64,000 nucleotides of DNA from assembly GCF_964204645.1 (NCBI RefSeq), contig NC_134028.1:14887653-14951652 (forward strand), in the 5' to 3' direction. Positions 34,168 to 47,200 of this stretch are shown here, piece after piece. The number at the start of each line of letters is the position of its first letter. Within the stretch, counting starts at the first letter, position 1. The position numbers were made by a program, and so were the translations under genes. The notes beneath the pieces were generated by a model. It worked only from the letters and a program-made list of their open reading frames with translations. It did not search any database and was not told the origin of the DNA. The stretch is from Tubulanus polymorphus (taxonomy: Eukaryota > Animalia > Nemertea).

Positions 34168-35632
34168 TTATTTATTTTTGATTATGTTTACTAACCCAAA
34201 AATAATTGCACTTACAACTGTAATTAAAAATAAAATAATATGTTCAGCAGCAAAGTTAAGAATATTCCCAGCAGATTTCAATATAAAACCAACAATTGAT
34301 GCAATAATTCCTGGCAATGCTGCAGCAGATTTTTTAGATAGTTCCCATAAATATTTTGCTAATTTCTTTAAACCATCCTTAACTTTATCTTGTATTGAAT
34401 TATTATCTGGGGGTTTATCCGGTTTATTGGGAGTAGGAGTAGATTTCAAAGAATTTGATATTGCTAAATCAATTGTTGTAAATAACATAGTTACAGCTGT
34501 TAGAATTGAAAGAATTGTTTTTCCTTCAAACTTAAATAATAATTTTATTCTATCTTTCAATGATATGTCAGAATTTGGTTTTAGTATTATCTCTTTAACA
34601 ACAACTTTTAATCTATTAATACAATAATCATATGATTTTAATAATAATTTTATTTTTTCTTTCTGAAATTCTATGTTATATTCTAAATCATCAATTTCTT
34701 TTTCTAAATATGCATTTCTTTTTTTAAATTCAATTTCTTCAATAACTTTAAATTCTCTATCTAATTTTAATTGTTCTAATTCTTTTCTGGTGTCAAATAA
34801 TTTATTTTCTAAAGGTTTAATTTTATTATATCTAATATGTTTTTCGCGCGTTATTTTATCAGTTTCATTTCGTATACTTATTATTTCTCTAATTGTTTTT
34901 TTTAGAAAATACATTTAAATCTTCTAATTGTTGATCTGTTGCATCAAGTAATCCCTTCGGTAAAAGTTTTTCAGTTTGAACTTCAGTGTTTGATTTAGGT
35001 TTACTAGTTTTGGAAGTTATATTCTGTTCAGAAGTTGTTTCTGGTTCTAAATTATTTTTGATTGTTTCAAATAAGTCATCAATTCTTTGACTAAATACTC
35101 TTATATTTTCATCTCTTTCTTCTCGTGTAACATCAGTTATTTCATTACTAATACTTATTCTCTTAATTCTATCTGGACCTAATTTTCTCAAAGTTGATTC
35201 CGCTAATATTTTATTTAGTTTTGTTCTTTGATCAGTGATATCAATATGATAATCACCATCCAAATGATGATAATATTTACCTTTAAAAAGTTTTAATTTT
35301 TTTACTAAAAATCTGGCGACTTTATCATTTATATTATACCCAGATCTTTCAAATGCAGGTTTGAATTTATGAATATATTCATTATCTTCAATATATTCTC
35401 TTTCTAAACCTGGGTCTAAATTTTCAGTAGGTATTCTCTTTCTTGTTCTTTTATCATTTTCTTCTGTTGATGGGGCTTTAGAACCACTATCTGCTAAATT
35501 AGAATTATATGCTGATTCATTACCATCATTAAAACTTGTTTCATCAAAATTGGGTTGTGGTTCATCATCAATATATCCTTCATTATTATTTCCCATGCCT
35601 TCCAATGGAATATCTTCTCCACCTTCTGCCAT
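34168..35632 (-). pseudogene. Coiled-coil/TM protein, frameshift in homopolymer at ~34900
   Basis: The two ORFs together align with 4060..5511. Confidence 0.8.
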
Positions 35633-35648
35633 TTACATAATACAAAAA

Positions 35649-37030
35649 TTAAAATTTAAAATATAATATTCCTCCGATTACAATTCCTATACAAGTTATA
35701 GCTAATTTAGTATTTTCATGGGATTTATTATCATCATTTAGTTTAATTATATCATGTTGAATAATATCAGTTTTAATATTTTCTGATGTATTGTAATCTT
35801 TAATTTTAGAATCATTATTTAATTTAATATTCTTAGTTTTAGTTTCTGTCGATTGAATGTGTTTTTTATTTTTTTCACCTTCCATTAATTTTGGTGCAGT
35901 GATAATCTTTTTATTTATATCATTTAATCCAAATGAATTATTTATTGTTGCAGTTTTAATTTGATTATTATAACCAATTATGTTTCCCATCTTTAATACT
36001 AAATCATTAGAAATGATAAATAGATTAGGGCCTATACAATAATTTAATCTAATATGTGATTTATCTAAATAATTTTGATATCTTACAATGTTTTCTGGAA
36101 TCGATCTATTTTTATCATTATGAATTGAATCTTCAAATAATACTTTGAATTGTTTCTGTGTATCAAATGATGTATTTAAATTTCCAATTATCGGTGATCT
36201 TGTTTCAACTTGCGGACCTAAAATACATATCAAATAAGTTCTAATAGATTGATTTATTCTTTGTATACCTGATTTTGTAAAACCTTCATTATTTTCTAAA
36301 ATGAAATAAACCCAACCATTATTGTTTTCTTGTTTTAAATTATCATAAAATGTCGGTAATTTATTATAATTTAGTGTTTCTAATTCCAAAGTTTCTATTT
36401 TACCATAACCTAATTTATTATTATAGATATTATAAAAACTATTAGATGGTATGGGAAGTGCACAATATTCTGCAATCTTTTTAGGGCAAGGAAGTGATCT
36501 TATTGTTCCAATTTTTGTTCTAAAATCAGAATTATTTATATCTATATTAAATTCATTACAAATTTTATAAAACTTTGATAAATTAATATTATTATCTAAT
36601 TCTTTAAAATACCTAGATCCTGGTAAAGCGCACTCTAATTCATTTAATATTATTCTGATTTGAAAGTATGTATGAAATCTAAATAAACTTTGAATTAATT
36701 TATATTTAGAATTATTCAAATTATCATTCCAACTTATTCCACATCCTGTTGTTGCACAATAAACAGCAAAATTTAATTGGTTCTGCCAATACTTCATATT
36801 AGATTTTAATAACCATTGTTTTTCATCTTTCAATTTTTTAAAATTAATTAAATATACATGAAATATATTTTCCATCTTTGCATTAAAATTATTAGTTTCA
36901 GTAACATAAATTTAGTTAATGAATCTAAAACTTCATTTCTATATGTAATATCTTTATTAAAATCTATTGCAGGAATATTATATTTAATTGATTTATTATA
37001 TTGGAAAGCTTTTGGAAAACTATCTGCCAT
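35649..37030 (-). pseudogene. Conserved ~460-aa protein; 7-nt deletion near 36912 separates the N-terminus
   Basis: MADSFPK.. (37030) joins MENIF.. when the extra 7 nt present in element 1 are restored. Confidence 0.8.
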
Positions 37031-37046
37031 TTATATAATTAAAAAA

Positions 37047-37481
37047 TTAATAATTAACTAATTCTTTTAATAATTTATCTTGTTCTTCAACTGTTATATG
37101 GCCATTTAAACTTATTATATAATCTAGTGTATTCTTTAATTTATTAATTTCTTTTATATTAGTTTTAATTTTTTCTTTATTACTTTTTATATTTAATTTT
37201 GAACTTATACCAGTTAAAACACTTGAACTTAATCCTAATACGCCAATTGATATAGCTAAAGGTGTTAATGGACTGAATATTGCTAAAATGTTATTACAGA
37301 ACTAATTGTAACCGAACCACTTATAATCAAATAATATATAATTTTACTTTTTAAATATTTTTTCTTTTTTTATCTTTAAGTCACTTTCAAATTCTAATAT
37401 TTGTTTTTCTAAATATGTTTTTAATTTAGTTTTATTTATATCATGAGGAATAATATCAATATTATCAACTTTATCATCCAT
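37047..37481 (-). pseudogene. 2-TM small protein, 1-nt deletion at ~37286
   Basis: Nucleotide match to 6930..7364. Confidence 0.8.
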
Positions 37482-37506
37482 TTATTTAACAAAAAATAAT
37501 AAATAA

Positions 37507-37929
37507 TTAATTAGTAAACTTATAAGCAACAAATATATCAATAACTGTTCCCCCTAAAATCCATATTATTTCATATTTCTGTTGTTCTTTACTTGGGGTA
37601 TAATAATCTGATAATTTAGGTTTGTATAGATGTAATTTTTCTTTATTGGTTACTGCGTTATATAAACTCATTGCATCATCAACTGATTGAAAATCTCTAT
37701 GTGAAATCTTCTGATCATATAATTCTTTATTGATGTAATCCATATAGTTTTGCCTCTTTTCTCTATATTCTTCTGCTGCTTTATTATATTTCTCTAATGC
37801 TAAGTTATGTCTTTTTTGTTCTGTTAATGAACCATTTTTATCAATATGCTTAAATAAATATCCACCACCAGTAAATGCTAAAGCGTTAACAAATGCCGAT
37901 CCTATAATAGTTATAATTGCAGAAGCCAT
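37507..37929 (-). CDS. Conserved small membrane-associated protein
   Basis: Homolog of 7385..7807. Confidence 0.8.
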   Translation of the reverse strand: MASAIITIIGSAFVNALAFTGGGYLFKHIDKNGSLTEQKRHNLALEKYNKAAEEYREKRQNYMDYINKELYDQKISHRDFQSVDDAMSLYNAVTNKEKLHLYKPKLSDYYTPSKEQQKYEIIWILGGTVIDIFVAYKFTN

Positions 37930-37952
37930 TTATTTGGCAAAAAATTATGCAT

Positions 37953-38174
37953 TTATATGGGAGGAATATATTTTTGTTTTTCTAAATAATCAATAGTTAA
38001 ATTAGATAAAGTAACTGCTAATGTTAATTTTAAAATATCATTTATATCAAATCTATCAATATTAACACTTCCCATTTTAAATACTTTTTTTAATACCATT
38101 GAATAACCAACAGTTCCAACTGATGGTAATGCTCCATTATATAATCCAGTTATTATCCACTTATTATCACTCAT
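37953..38174 (-). CDS. Small hydrophobic protein
   Basis: Homolog of 7833..8054. Confidence 0.75.
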   Translation of the reverse strand: MSDNKWIITGLYNGALPSVGTVGYSMVLKKVFKMGSVNIDRFDINDILKLTLAVTLSNLTIDYLEKQKYIPPI

Positions 38175-38516
38175 TTATTTATCAAAAAAATTACTATCAT
38201 CAAAATATTTAGTTAACTTATTTATGATTAATTCAACATTTATTTCATTACTACTTTTATGATTATCATATATTTTGGATAATATGTTTTTAATATCATC
38301 AATAATTCCATCTTCATTTAATTCATAATATTCTAAAGGCGTTTTAATTAAATCAACTACTTTTTCTATACTATAATTTTCTTTATTAATCATTGATGCA
38401 TTGTTAAATGATTTACTTTTTATATCAGTAATTACATCATTTAGTTTAATTCTTATTTCTTTACCATGTTTAAAATCAAACCCAAAACATATACTCGGTC
38501 CAACAGTTATATTCAT
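38175..38516 (-). CDS. Hypothetical protein
   Basis: Homolog of 8055..8399. Confidence 0.7.
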   Translation of the reverse strand: MNITVGPSICFGFDFKHGKEIRIKLNDVITDIKSKSFNNASMINKENYSIEKVVDLIKTPLEYYELNEDGIIDDIKNILSKIYDNHKSSNEINVELIINKLTKYFDDSNFFDK

Positions 38517-38533
38517 TTATATAGTGAAAAAAA

Positions 38534-39292
38534 TTACTCTCTACATCTTATAACTAATTCATAAATTACAGGGAAATTATTTAAATCAATTAAGTATGCA
38601 TTATGATTTCTTATTTCTAATTTAAAATTACTAAATTTAGGAATGCATGGTTTGAAATCACACTCGGTTAAATTATAATTTATTTGCGTTCCAAATTCTT
38701 AAACATTCTTCAATGGTAAAATGTTTAGTAAACCAGAATTACAAGTTATATCTTTAGTTGCTTCGAATGTTTTTGTAGGATCAATTAAATTGCAATAGAT
38801 ATAAAATTGTGTAAAAGGCATTATATTTGGTGTAGCATCAGCATTGCGTATCCTTACATCTGGGGTTATTCCTGAAGTTTTAGCTAAAGGTTTTTTAACT
38901 AGAAATTGATGTTGATCTTCATTACCTAATTTTATTCTTATTTTATCGGAGCTATCACTTTTAATCAGTCTTAATCCAAATCCAGCAGATGCACCCATTT
39001 TCAACCGAGCTCTTCTATTAATTTCCTGCGCTAATGTATCTAAATTATATAATCCTGGTTCAAGATAAAGATGAAACCATTTACTTTTATTTCTATCATG
39101 AATTAAAAAGACTCTATGTTCAATAGTTTTATCCGATACATTATAAAAAGAATTACATAAACTTATATTAACTAATTTTAAATCTACACAATTCTTGAAT
39201 TCTCTATCTAATTGTACTAGTAAATTATGTGATTTATAATTAGTAAGTCTTCTAGAATCAACAAATATTCTGTATTCTTTTAATTCCACCAT
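38534..39292 (-). pseudogene. Minor capsid protein (penton), in-frame stop at 38699
   Basis: Homolog of 8416..9171; the frame continues to ~38534. Confidence 0.75.
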
Positions 39293-39309
39293 TTATTTTA
39301 CATATTTTC

Positions 39310-39664
39310 TTATTCGAAATCTATTTCATGGTGCCCTTTTTCATTCTTACCTTTGTATACGAAATAGAAATCACCAGAACATAATTCTTCTAAATCTTCA
39401 CTTGATAATCTATGAAATCTATCTGGTAAATATGTTCTGAATTTATGTGTATTTCCTTTTAATCCTTCATATTCTAAGTGTATAACTAATTTATCTCCAT
39501 AGTTATTTGTAACTGTATCAATATTTGTAATTAGATATTTCTTATGAATTGTTAATTCTGTTAACTTTTTTGAATTTATAATCTACAGATTTTACATTTG
39601 TGATATCTTTAATTCTATCTAGAAATAATTTGTTGTTCTCACTGTGCGCTTGTTTACTCTCCAT
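39310..39664 (-). pseudogene. Small hypothetical protein (~118 aa, frameshifted), possibly OB-fold-like
   Basis: Manual reading MESKQAH../FKKLTELTIHKKYLITNIDTVTNNYGDKLVIHL..FRTYLPDRF..FYFVYKG. It occupies the slot of the VLTF3-like gene of element 1. Confidence 0.5.
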
Positions 39665-39765
39665 TTTAATAACATATTTTTATTAAAATTTGATTAACAC
39701 GTTAGAATTCTTTTCATTATCTCGTTCTCTTTTGTTTCTTCTCTTTTAAATTTTAAGTATTCATC

Positions 39766-42700
39766 TTAATTGCAACCATATGCAACTGTATGAATTCCAT
39801 CATCTAAAATATATCTTTTATCATCAAATGGGTTTAGACTTATCTTTTCAATTTCTTCAATAAACATTTCATGATCTTCAGATCTTAAACATCTCATCTT
39901 ATATTTTCTAACTTCTTCATTGAATATACAATTGATGTAATCTTTGAAATGAATATTCTTTTCTACTACACTTTTGGTTATTCCTTTTAACTTTTTAGCT
40001 TCATGTTCTTTAGTTTTATATGAATACATTTTAGATCTAATACCAATGAATTCAATCATTTCTTCACCACCTAATTCATCTTTGAATTTACCGGGAACTT
40101 TTTTATTATCATTGCTAAACAATCCATGATATTTAGGATAGTTACTAAAATCAAAATGATGTTTAATGTTTTTAAATCATCAGTTATGTTATCAGTTTTT
40201 ATCTTTAATATGTAACTGTCAGTATCAAAATATAAGATTTCTATATGTTTTTCTCCAAAAAGTGGTTGTAATACATTATAATAGAATTCATACATTATTA
40301 ATTTTGATAATTCTAAAACAGAAGCGCCAACATAGATTGGTTTATTAAATTTCATTGATGTTCTTCTCATTTTAACTGCAGCTAAATTTTCATCAAATAT
40401 TCTGTTACCTATAAATTTAGGATATGATTGTAAATGTCTAATTCTTTTACCATTACTAACTAACTCAATATCATTTCTATTTCTAATATTTTCACAAGTC
40501 TTACCATAGAATGCATTATTCATTAACTTGAAGAAATCTTTTTTCGAAATCAGTTTTAGCTTTAGTTCTCTGTTTGGTGTTAAAATCAATATATTTTTCT
40601 AACCACTTAGATTGACTAAATGAAATATATCTATGTACTTTTTTTACAACCATTCCTTGTTTTAGATAAAACTTCAACATTCTATAATGTACTACATAAT
40701 CATATTTATCTTCTTGAGTTACCATTAACTTTTCTGTATGAATATAATTTTCGGTTTTAATTCTTTTTTGGTAATTTGATAATTCTTCATGAGTTACAGT
40801 TTTATGTTCGGGACAATAAGCTAGATTTCTAGATTTAAATTTAATATGTTCAGGATATTCTAAGTCTACAACAAAGAAGTAACCAGTATCTGAATCATCT
40901 GCAATATCTAGAATTCTTTTCTTCCAATCAAATTTATCATTATTTTCATTCTGTAAAACTTCAGTTAATTCAAATACTCCATAAGGTTGTGGTTCCATCA
41001 TTGCCCAACCATACAAATTATTTGCATCTATATATAATAACTTATATCCGTGGTTATCATTTACATTGAAATATCTATCACCTAATACACCTGAAACTCC
41101 TCCTCTCATAGATTTTTCAAATAATAGTAATTGATCTATATTTGTTAACAAATCCATTTTTATATCTGTAAATTTTAATCCACAATCCCATGTTAATCCT
41201 GGTGATGAATAACAATGACAAGGATCAATATTAAAATATTTTAGGTTTACATCTCTAAACCTTTCGAATATATCCGATAATAATAATACATCTGATTTTA
41301 AATATAAATCTACTAATTGTCCATGATTTTCTATTTTGAAATGATTCCAAATATTCAATGTTCTATTATATACTTCATCTTTAACATATTCATTTTTTAA
41401 TTCATCATAGAATTGTTCTTTTAATAATTCAGTTATATTGAAATCATTATGTGATTTATAAAATGAATATGGAATTGCGCCTTTATATCTCATTAATTTA
41501 AAATCATCATTATTTGGGTAATATTCTTTTAATATCTTTAATTCATCATCAACTAATGATTTTGATAAGTTATCTAATGAACAATTTAAAAATCTATATG
41601 AATCTATAAATCTTAAACACCCAAATTGGAATGATATATAATTCTCAGATGTTTTAGCTAACATTTTAAATTTATAAGTTGGTATTTTATCTTTTGATCT
41701 ATATGAATTTACTCTTTTTATTTCATTATTTATTTCTTCTATTTTATGGCATAACTGTTTGATGAATAAATGTGCATCATATCCTGATAGATTATGAAAT
41801 ATAACTGGTACAAAATTAATTTTCTTAGCTTGTAAGTTACAATTCTCATGTGCAGCGCCTCTAAACTATCCATTCAAATGATCATGGTCTCTTACTTTTT
41901 TATCTTTATAATTAAATATCTTTTCACAATAATAACATTTATCTGCAAACACAAGTTCTTCTTTATCTTCTTCTGTCATTATAATTTCTATATTTGTATT
42001 CAATAATTTACTAAATCTTATTTCATATTCAATTAATAAGTCACAAAAATGATTGATAACATTTTCATTTCTATAATGATAATATTCACTTTTAATTAGT
42101 TCTGGATAATCAGATTTAATATATAACCCAAAAGCAGCAGCTGATTGATGAATCTTTTTAATAGTATTTGTTTTTGGTGGTTCTTCTGAAAAATCATTTT
42201 CATTAGAATTTAATTTCTTTCTTTTATAATATATTTCTTTTCTATCTTGATCAGTTAATTCTTTATTTAATGATTCAAAATCTCCATATATAACAAATGG
42301 AACTTTATTTTTGTAATCATATTTTTTGAATTCTAATATTTTATCCTTTTCATTTGGTAAAACTAATTTACAGTAATCATGATTTTCACATAATTGTTTA
42401 TGATTTAATAATGTTCTTTCATTACTGAATCTATGTAAACATTTTCTACATAGATATATTTTATGGTGATCACTTTCTATTCTAAAGAATAAATCCATTT
42501 GTTTAATCCACATATAATGATTCTCATAATATAGTATATCTATAACATCATTTGAATCATAATCTTTTGATAGATATAAAGGTTCTAATGTATAATGTTT
42601 TATGTTGTTACCTTTTGTATTTGGTAATTTGATTAAATCAAATACATTTATTCTTAAATTATTATCTCTTTCTATCTTTGGGATGTTTTTAATTCTAACA

Positions 42701-43732
42701 GGATACTTATCTATCTTATAATTATTTTCAAATGGTTTATAATGAGTTAATCTAAAACTATGTGTAATATCTTCTGTTGGATGTAAACAACTTATAATTG
42801 TCCATAGAAAACATTTATCATCTTCATTTTGTACATTTATTACAGCATTAGTTTTAAATGGTAGTTTAATATAACTTGATGCTTCAATATCTGGTTCTTT
42901 ATAATATGATACATTATTTTCATCAATTGGTTTTGATCTAGTTAACTTATTATATTTTGTGTTATAAACATGTAAAGTCATAAATATTATCTCATCAAAT
43001 ATTAAACCAGATCCTTCAAAATATTTCTCTTCTATTTTAGTTTTTACTTCATTATAACATTTATCTAATTTATCATCTATATGTTGTTTTGAAATAATAT
43101 GTTGTGAATGAGAATTTATATTATATATTGGTTTATCTTCAGATTTTATGAATTTAACTTTTGAAGATAAACTAATTTGAGGATATTCAACATCAGTTAT
43201 TATTTTCATTATTTCTTTCATATTTTCTAAATGTTTTTTATTTTCTTCTAATGTTTTTCCTTTATGAAATTTAAACTCAATAGCTGCTGGACCAATATCA
43301 CTTTTAAATGCTTCGGTTATCTCTATATCTTTTTTATTATCTAATGAATTAATATAATTTCTTACATCTTCCATGTATGGTCTTTTATTGTTTAATTTAT
43401 TTCTTATTCTTTTAATTGTCTTATGTTTCTTATCGTTATCATTATCAAAATAATCTTCACCTAAAATATCATTATTCATATTTTCTAATATGACTTTTAG
43501 ATTTTAAATGTTCTTTATAATATCTTTTATCACTGAATGATTGATTACATGTATCACATTTGTATGTTTCTTTTTCATTCTTTAATTCATCTAATTTAGT
43601 TTCTAATATATCATCTTTATATTCTAGTTTCAATTTATTCTCTAAATGTGTTTTAGTTTTATTGTGTCTTGCTTTTTGGGATTTATCTATATTGATGTTA
43701 CATGTTGGGCAGTAGTACTTATTTGCTTCCAT
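39766..43732 (-). pseudogene. pPolB without intein; several frameshifts and one stop (41866)
   Basis: Same domains as the element 1 PolB; motif C reads LYFDTDSY at ~40212-40235. Confidence 0.95.
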
Positions 43733-44214
43733 TTTAATACTAAATTTTTTATTAAAATTGATTTTAGAAGTTATTCATTTATATTTTATTCATATATATG
43801 AATATTTTAAGAGTAATAGGGAATATGTTGTTTCAGGTTAAAGGTTGAATGGTCGAGTTCATTAATAACAAATATTAAAAGTAATTTAAAACTATAATAT
43901 ATTTTCATAACCGTGTGTATTTCAGTTGAATAATAGAATAATTATTATTATTTGAATATATTTGATTATATGAATGTGTGTGTTGTAAATAAATCAATTG
44001 GTCGCGGAGCGGAGCGGTAGCGAAGTGGAGCGACCAATTGATTTAATACAATATGCTTTTTAAATTATTGATATCTTAGAATAAATATTTAGTTTTAATA
44101 TGAAATGCACACGGTTATGAAAATATATTATAGTTTTAAATTACTTTTAATGTTTTGTATTTAATGAACTCGACCGTTCGACCTTTGATCTGAAACAACA
44201 TATTCCCTATTACT
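43620..44214 (-). repeat. Right TIR of Polinton 2; 43812..44214 self-complementary
   Basis: Inverted match to the left end; includes the first ~38 codons of pPolB. Confidence 0.9.
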
Positions 44215-47200
44215 CGCGATGAACTGAAAAAAAAGTTCAGGGCTGTAGCTTCCTCAATTACAGAAAATCAGTTTAACCATCATTATAATGAACTACAGAA
44301 ATCAAACATCTGGCGGTCTTATCCTCAACTTAGTGAATGGTTCAAAGGCACATGGATTACTGAAAAGAAGGTGATTCTTATATGACTGATTTTCATCGAA
44401 AATTAATATTGAAATGCATATTTCATGGTAGGTATTATTTTCAGAGATGGGTTCCTGCATTTCAAAAGGTCACAACTTCCGTCCGTACCACAAATGGTGT
44501 TGAACGTCAGAACGAGACATTAAAGTACTCCTATTTAGCTGGCTACAAACGGTGCAGTCTCACTGAATTGCTTACAATTGTGATAACTTCATACCTCCCG
44601 CATGCGTATAAAAGGTAAGCGCTTTCCGGTATTTTGTCAAGTGTCATTTCACATTTTTGCTCTTATCACTCATTACTTTGTCTAAAAAGATTTTACTGAA
44701 CATATTTGCTTCCAGCAGCTACCGTAAATATAGTAACCATGTACAATTGTACCTTCATGACCGACCTCGTTGGTTTGTTGAGCACATGACTAGCAGACTT
44801 CAATCATCTATAGAAAAAAAGGACATTCATCAACGTTCTGACAAAATATTTGAAGTGGTGAGTTCTGGATTGAACAATAAAATGTACAAAGTTGTACTTG
44901 GTTCAGAAACCGAATCGCTGTCGTGTTCTTGTAAAGATTGGCAGTACAATCTGATGCCATGTAAGCATATGTGTGCAGTAATTACACATATTTCTGGCTA
45001 TACATGGGATTCTCTAGGAAAGGCTTACACCGCAAACCCTATATTTTCATTAGATGAAGTATGTATCCCAGTTCCGGATAATGTTGATGAATTGAAAAAT
45101 GATAAATCATCTATACTGACTGAAAATGATATTTCTTCTATAAATGAAGAAGCATAGGGGCTATCAGGAATCGATTATTTTAGATTCAAATGCTGATCTG
45201 TCAGAAAAAACTGCTAGTTATGCTGACTTGCCTTCCCTCAAGAGAACACTCAAAAACAAAAATCGTAAAAAATGCCTAAGTCTCTTGAAGAATCTGATTG
45301 ATTATGTACACCTTGTGGATAATTCTGATGTGCTTGGTGACTTAGCCGATGAATTGAACACAACGCGCAGTCACCTTTATATGCAACTGCCGAAACGGCC
45401 TTTTATTAGAAAATAATCAGTCTCCAATAAAAAGGAATCCACTGAAACGGAAGTTATCAAAAAGCAGAGAATATGAATGTGCTCCACTTCGTAAAATCCC
45501 AAAATTATCTTCAGCAACAAAACGGCATGGCCATAAAGCTGATAATTGTAAAAAATTCACCAAAATGTCAATTTGGCAACAATGGAGAAAAGAATTCCAA
45601 CTCCAGTTGTTGCAGAAATGTCTGTCGAATCGTCCGAGGTAAAGACAACTATTAGTGGGCCTATTAGTGTCGCAGGCAGACAGCTTGAGTCCTTTAATGA
45701 GCCTATCATTGTTTCTGATGATGAAGAATGTGCTCTCAGCAGTTCTTCAGATATTTGTATTGGGCCAGTTACATTGACAAAAAAATGATGTCATGATATT
45801 GGACAACAAAGAATGGCTGAATGATTTGCATGTGGCAGCTGCACAGCAACTCATCAAAGATGAATATCCGTTTCTTGATGGGTTGAATGATCCCATTCTT
45901 TTGTCGGCTAATAGTGTCGACTCGCCAGTACATGGTGACGGTATACAGATCCATCATGTTGGCGGCCACTGGCTGGTGTCAACGTCAATCGGTAATGAAA
46001 TTGTAGTCTACGACTCCCTGACACCTGTCATGTCAACCCATCTAAGAAATCAGATTTCTAATATTCACCGAAACTATGCATGCGGTGAAGACGGTTTGAT
46101 AACTGTTAAGATGTATTGTAGTCAGAAGCAAAGAGGCTCCTATGATTGTGGTCTTTTTGCCATAGCAAATGCTGTATGTCTTGCCTCTGGCATTGATCCA
46201 TTTCATTATATGTTTTTCCAGTCGAAGATGAGAATCCATCTTAGTGACTGTTTCATTAATAAAAAGATTGATATATTTCCTCATATGTACTTGAAGCAAT
46301 CAAAGAAAAAAGAGTTTAAGAGTATTCAGATATCAAAATACTGAAGTGTAAACGCTACAGGCCTGGGTCAAAAATGATTTATTGCAATAGCTGTAGCGAA
46401 TGGTTCCATTATAAATGCGTCAATTTAACCTGTAAAGATGTTGCGCAGATAGCAACTGATGAAACATATACTTGCGATCAGTGTAAATTGAAGTAGAGAT
46501 TATGATTTTTCAGCTGCAGCTGGAAATTTTCACCTCTGATGAAAGCCAATCAATATTTCCAATCTATATTTTATTTTGATGTCTCAAATAATTTTAGATA
46601 AGCTGTAATTACACAATATTATGTACAACTTCATATATGTACCGGTATTTATTTCCATTTGTCTTGAAGGTCCCCTATTATGAGTGCATGGACACATAAG
46701 GTATGTAATTCTGCTCAGTAAGGTAGCATGTGTAAAATGTATTCATTTTATACTTTATTACTTAGTGGCTTCCCAGGTGTTGTTCATGTTAACTATAACC
46801 ATTATGCACTGCACTCATTTTCTGCATGGACATTTTTGCACTTTTTTATAGACCCTTTTTTATTCACTCCATGTCTTAATGTACATTTCACAGTATGTAT
46901 TCACCTCCTTTGCTTCATGGTCGCACCAGGCTCTTTGCTTTTATATCTATCTGCGGATCTGTGTATTTCTATACAATATTTTTGTATATTTCCTCATATG
47001 ATCATTGATACAATATCCGATTACAGTACTTGTAAATATTATATGGTTCATATTGGCATATTGCAGCTCGCAAAGTGTTTTGAAATAAATAGAATATTTT
47101 TATATACCATTTTAAATGACATCTCATTGTTATTAACTTTCTTTTTCATATTTGGCATTGTCTAATTTTCCCCCATTTGATCCTGACTCAACAAGGGTAT

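Larger units (their letters stand above)
26175..44214 (-). mobile_element. Complete Polinton/Maverick element 2 (18,040 bp)
   Basis: Termini AGTAATAGGG...CCCTATTACT, 6-bp TSD CGCGAT (26169-26174 and 44215-44220), TIRs of ~600 bp and the Polinton gene set. Confidence 0.95.
23700..46496 (+). pseudogene. Mutator-like (MULE) transposase-SWIM-Ulp1 protease-PHD gene, multi-exon, split by a MITE and Polinton 2; 5' limit approximate
   Basis: MDATY..LPLF, FLTDF, CSFH, TTNGVERQN, SWIM CSCKDW..PCKH (~44925), Ulp1 WLND..HW..YDSL..Q..DCGLFA (45793..46344), PHD C..C..CNSCSEWFHYKC..CDQC (46340..46496). Confidence 0.85.

Noticed and set aside
46728-47165. 145-aa hydrophobic ORF
   Set aside because: Low-complexity T-rich sequence with no motif; probably non-coding 3' region of the MULE.
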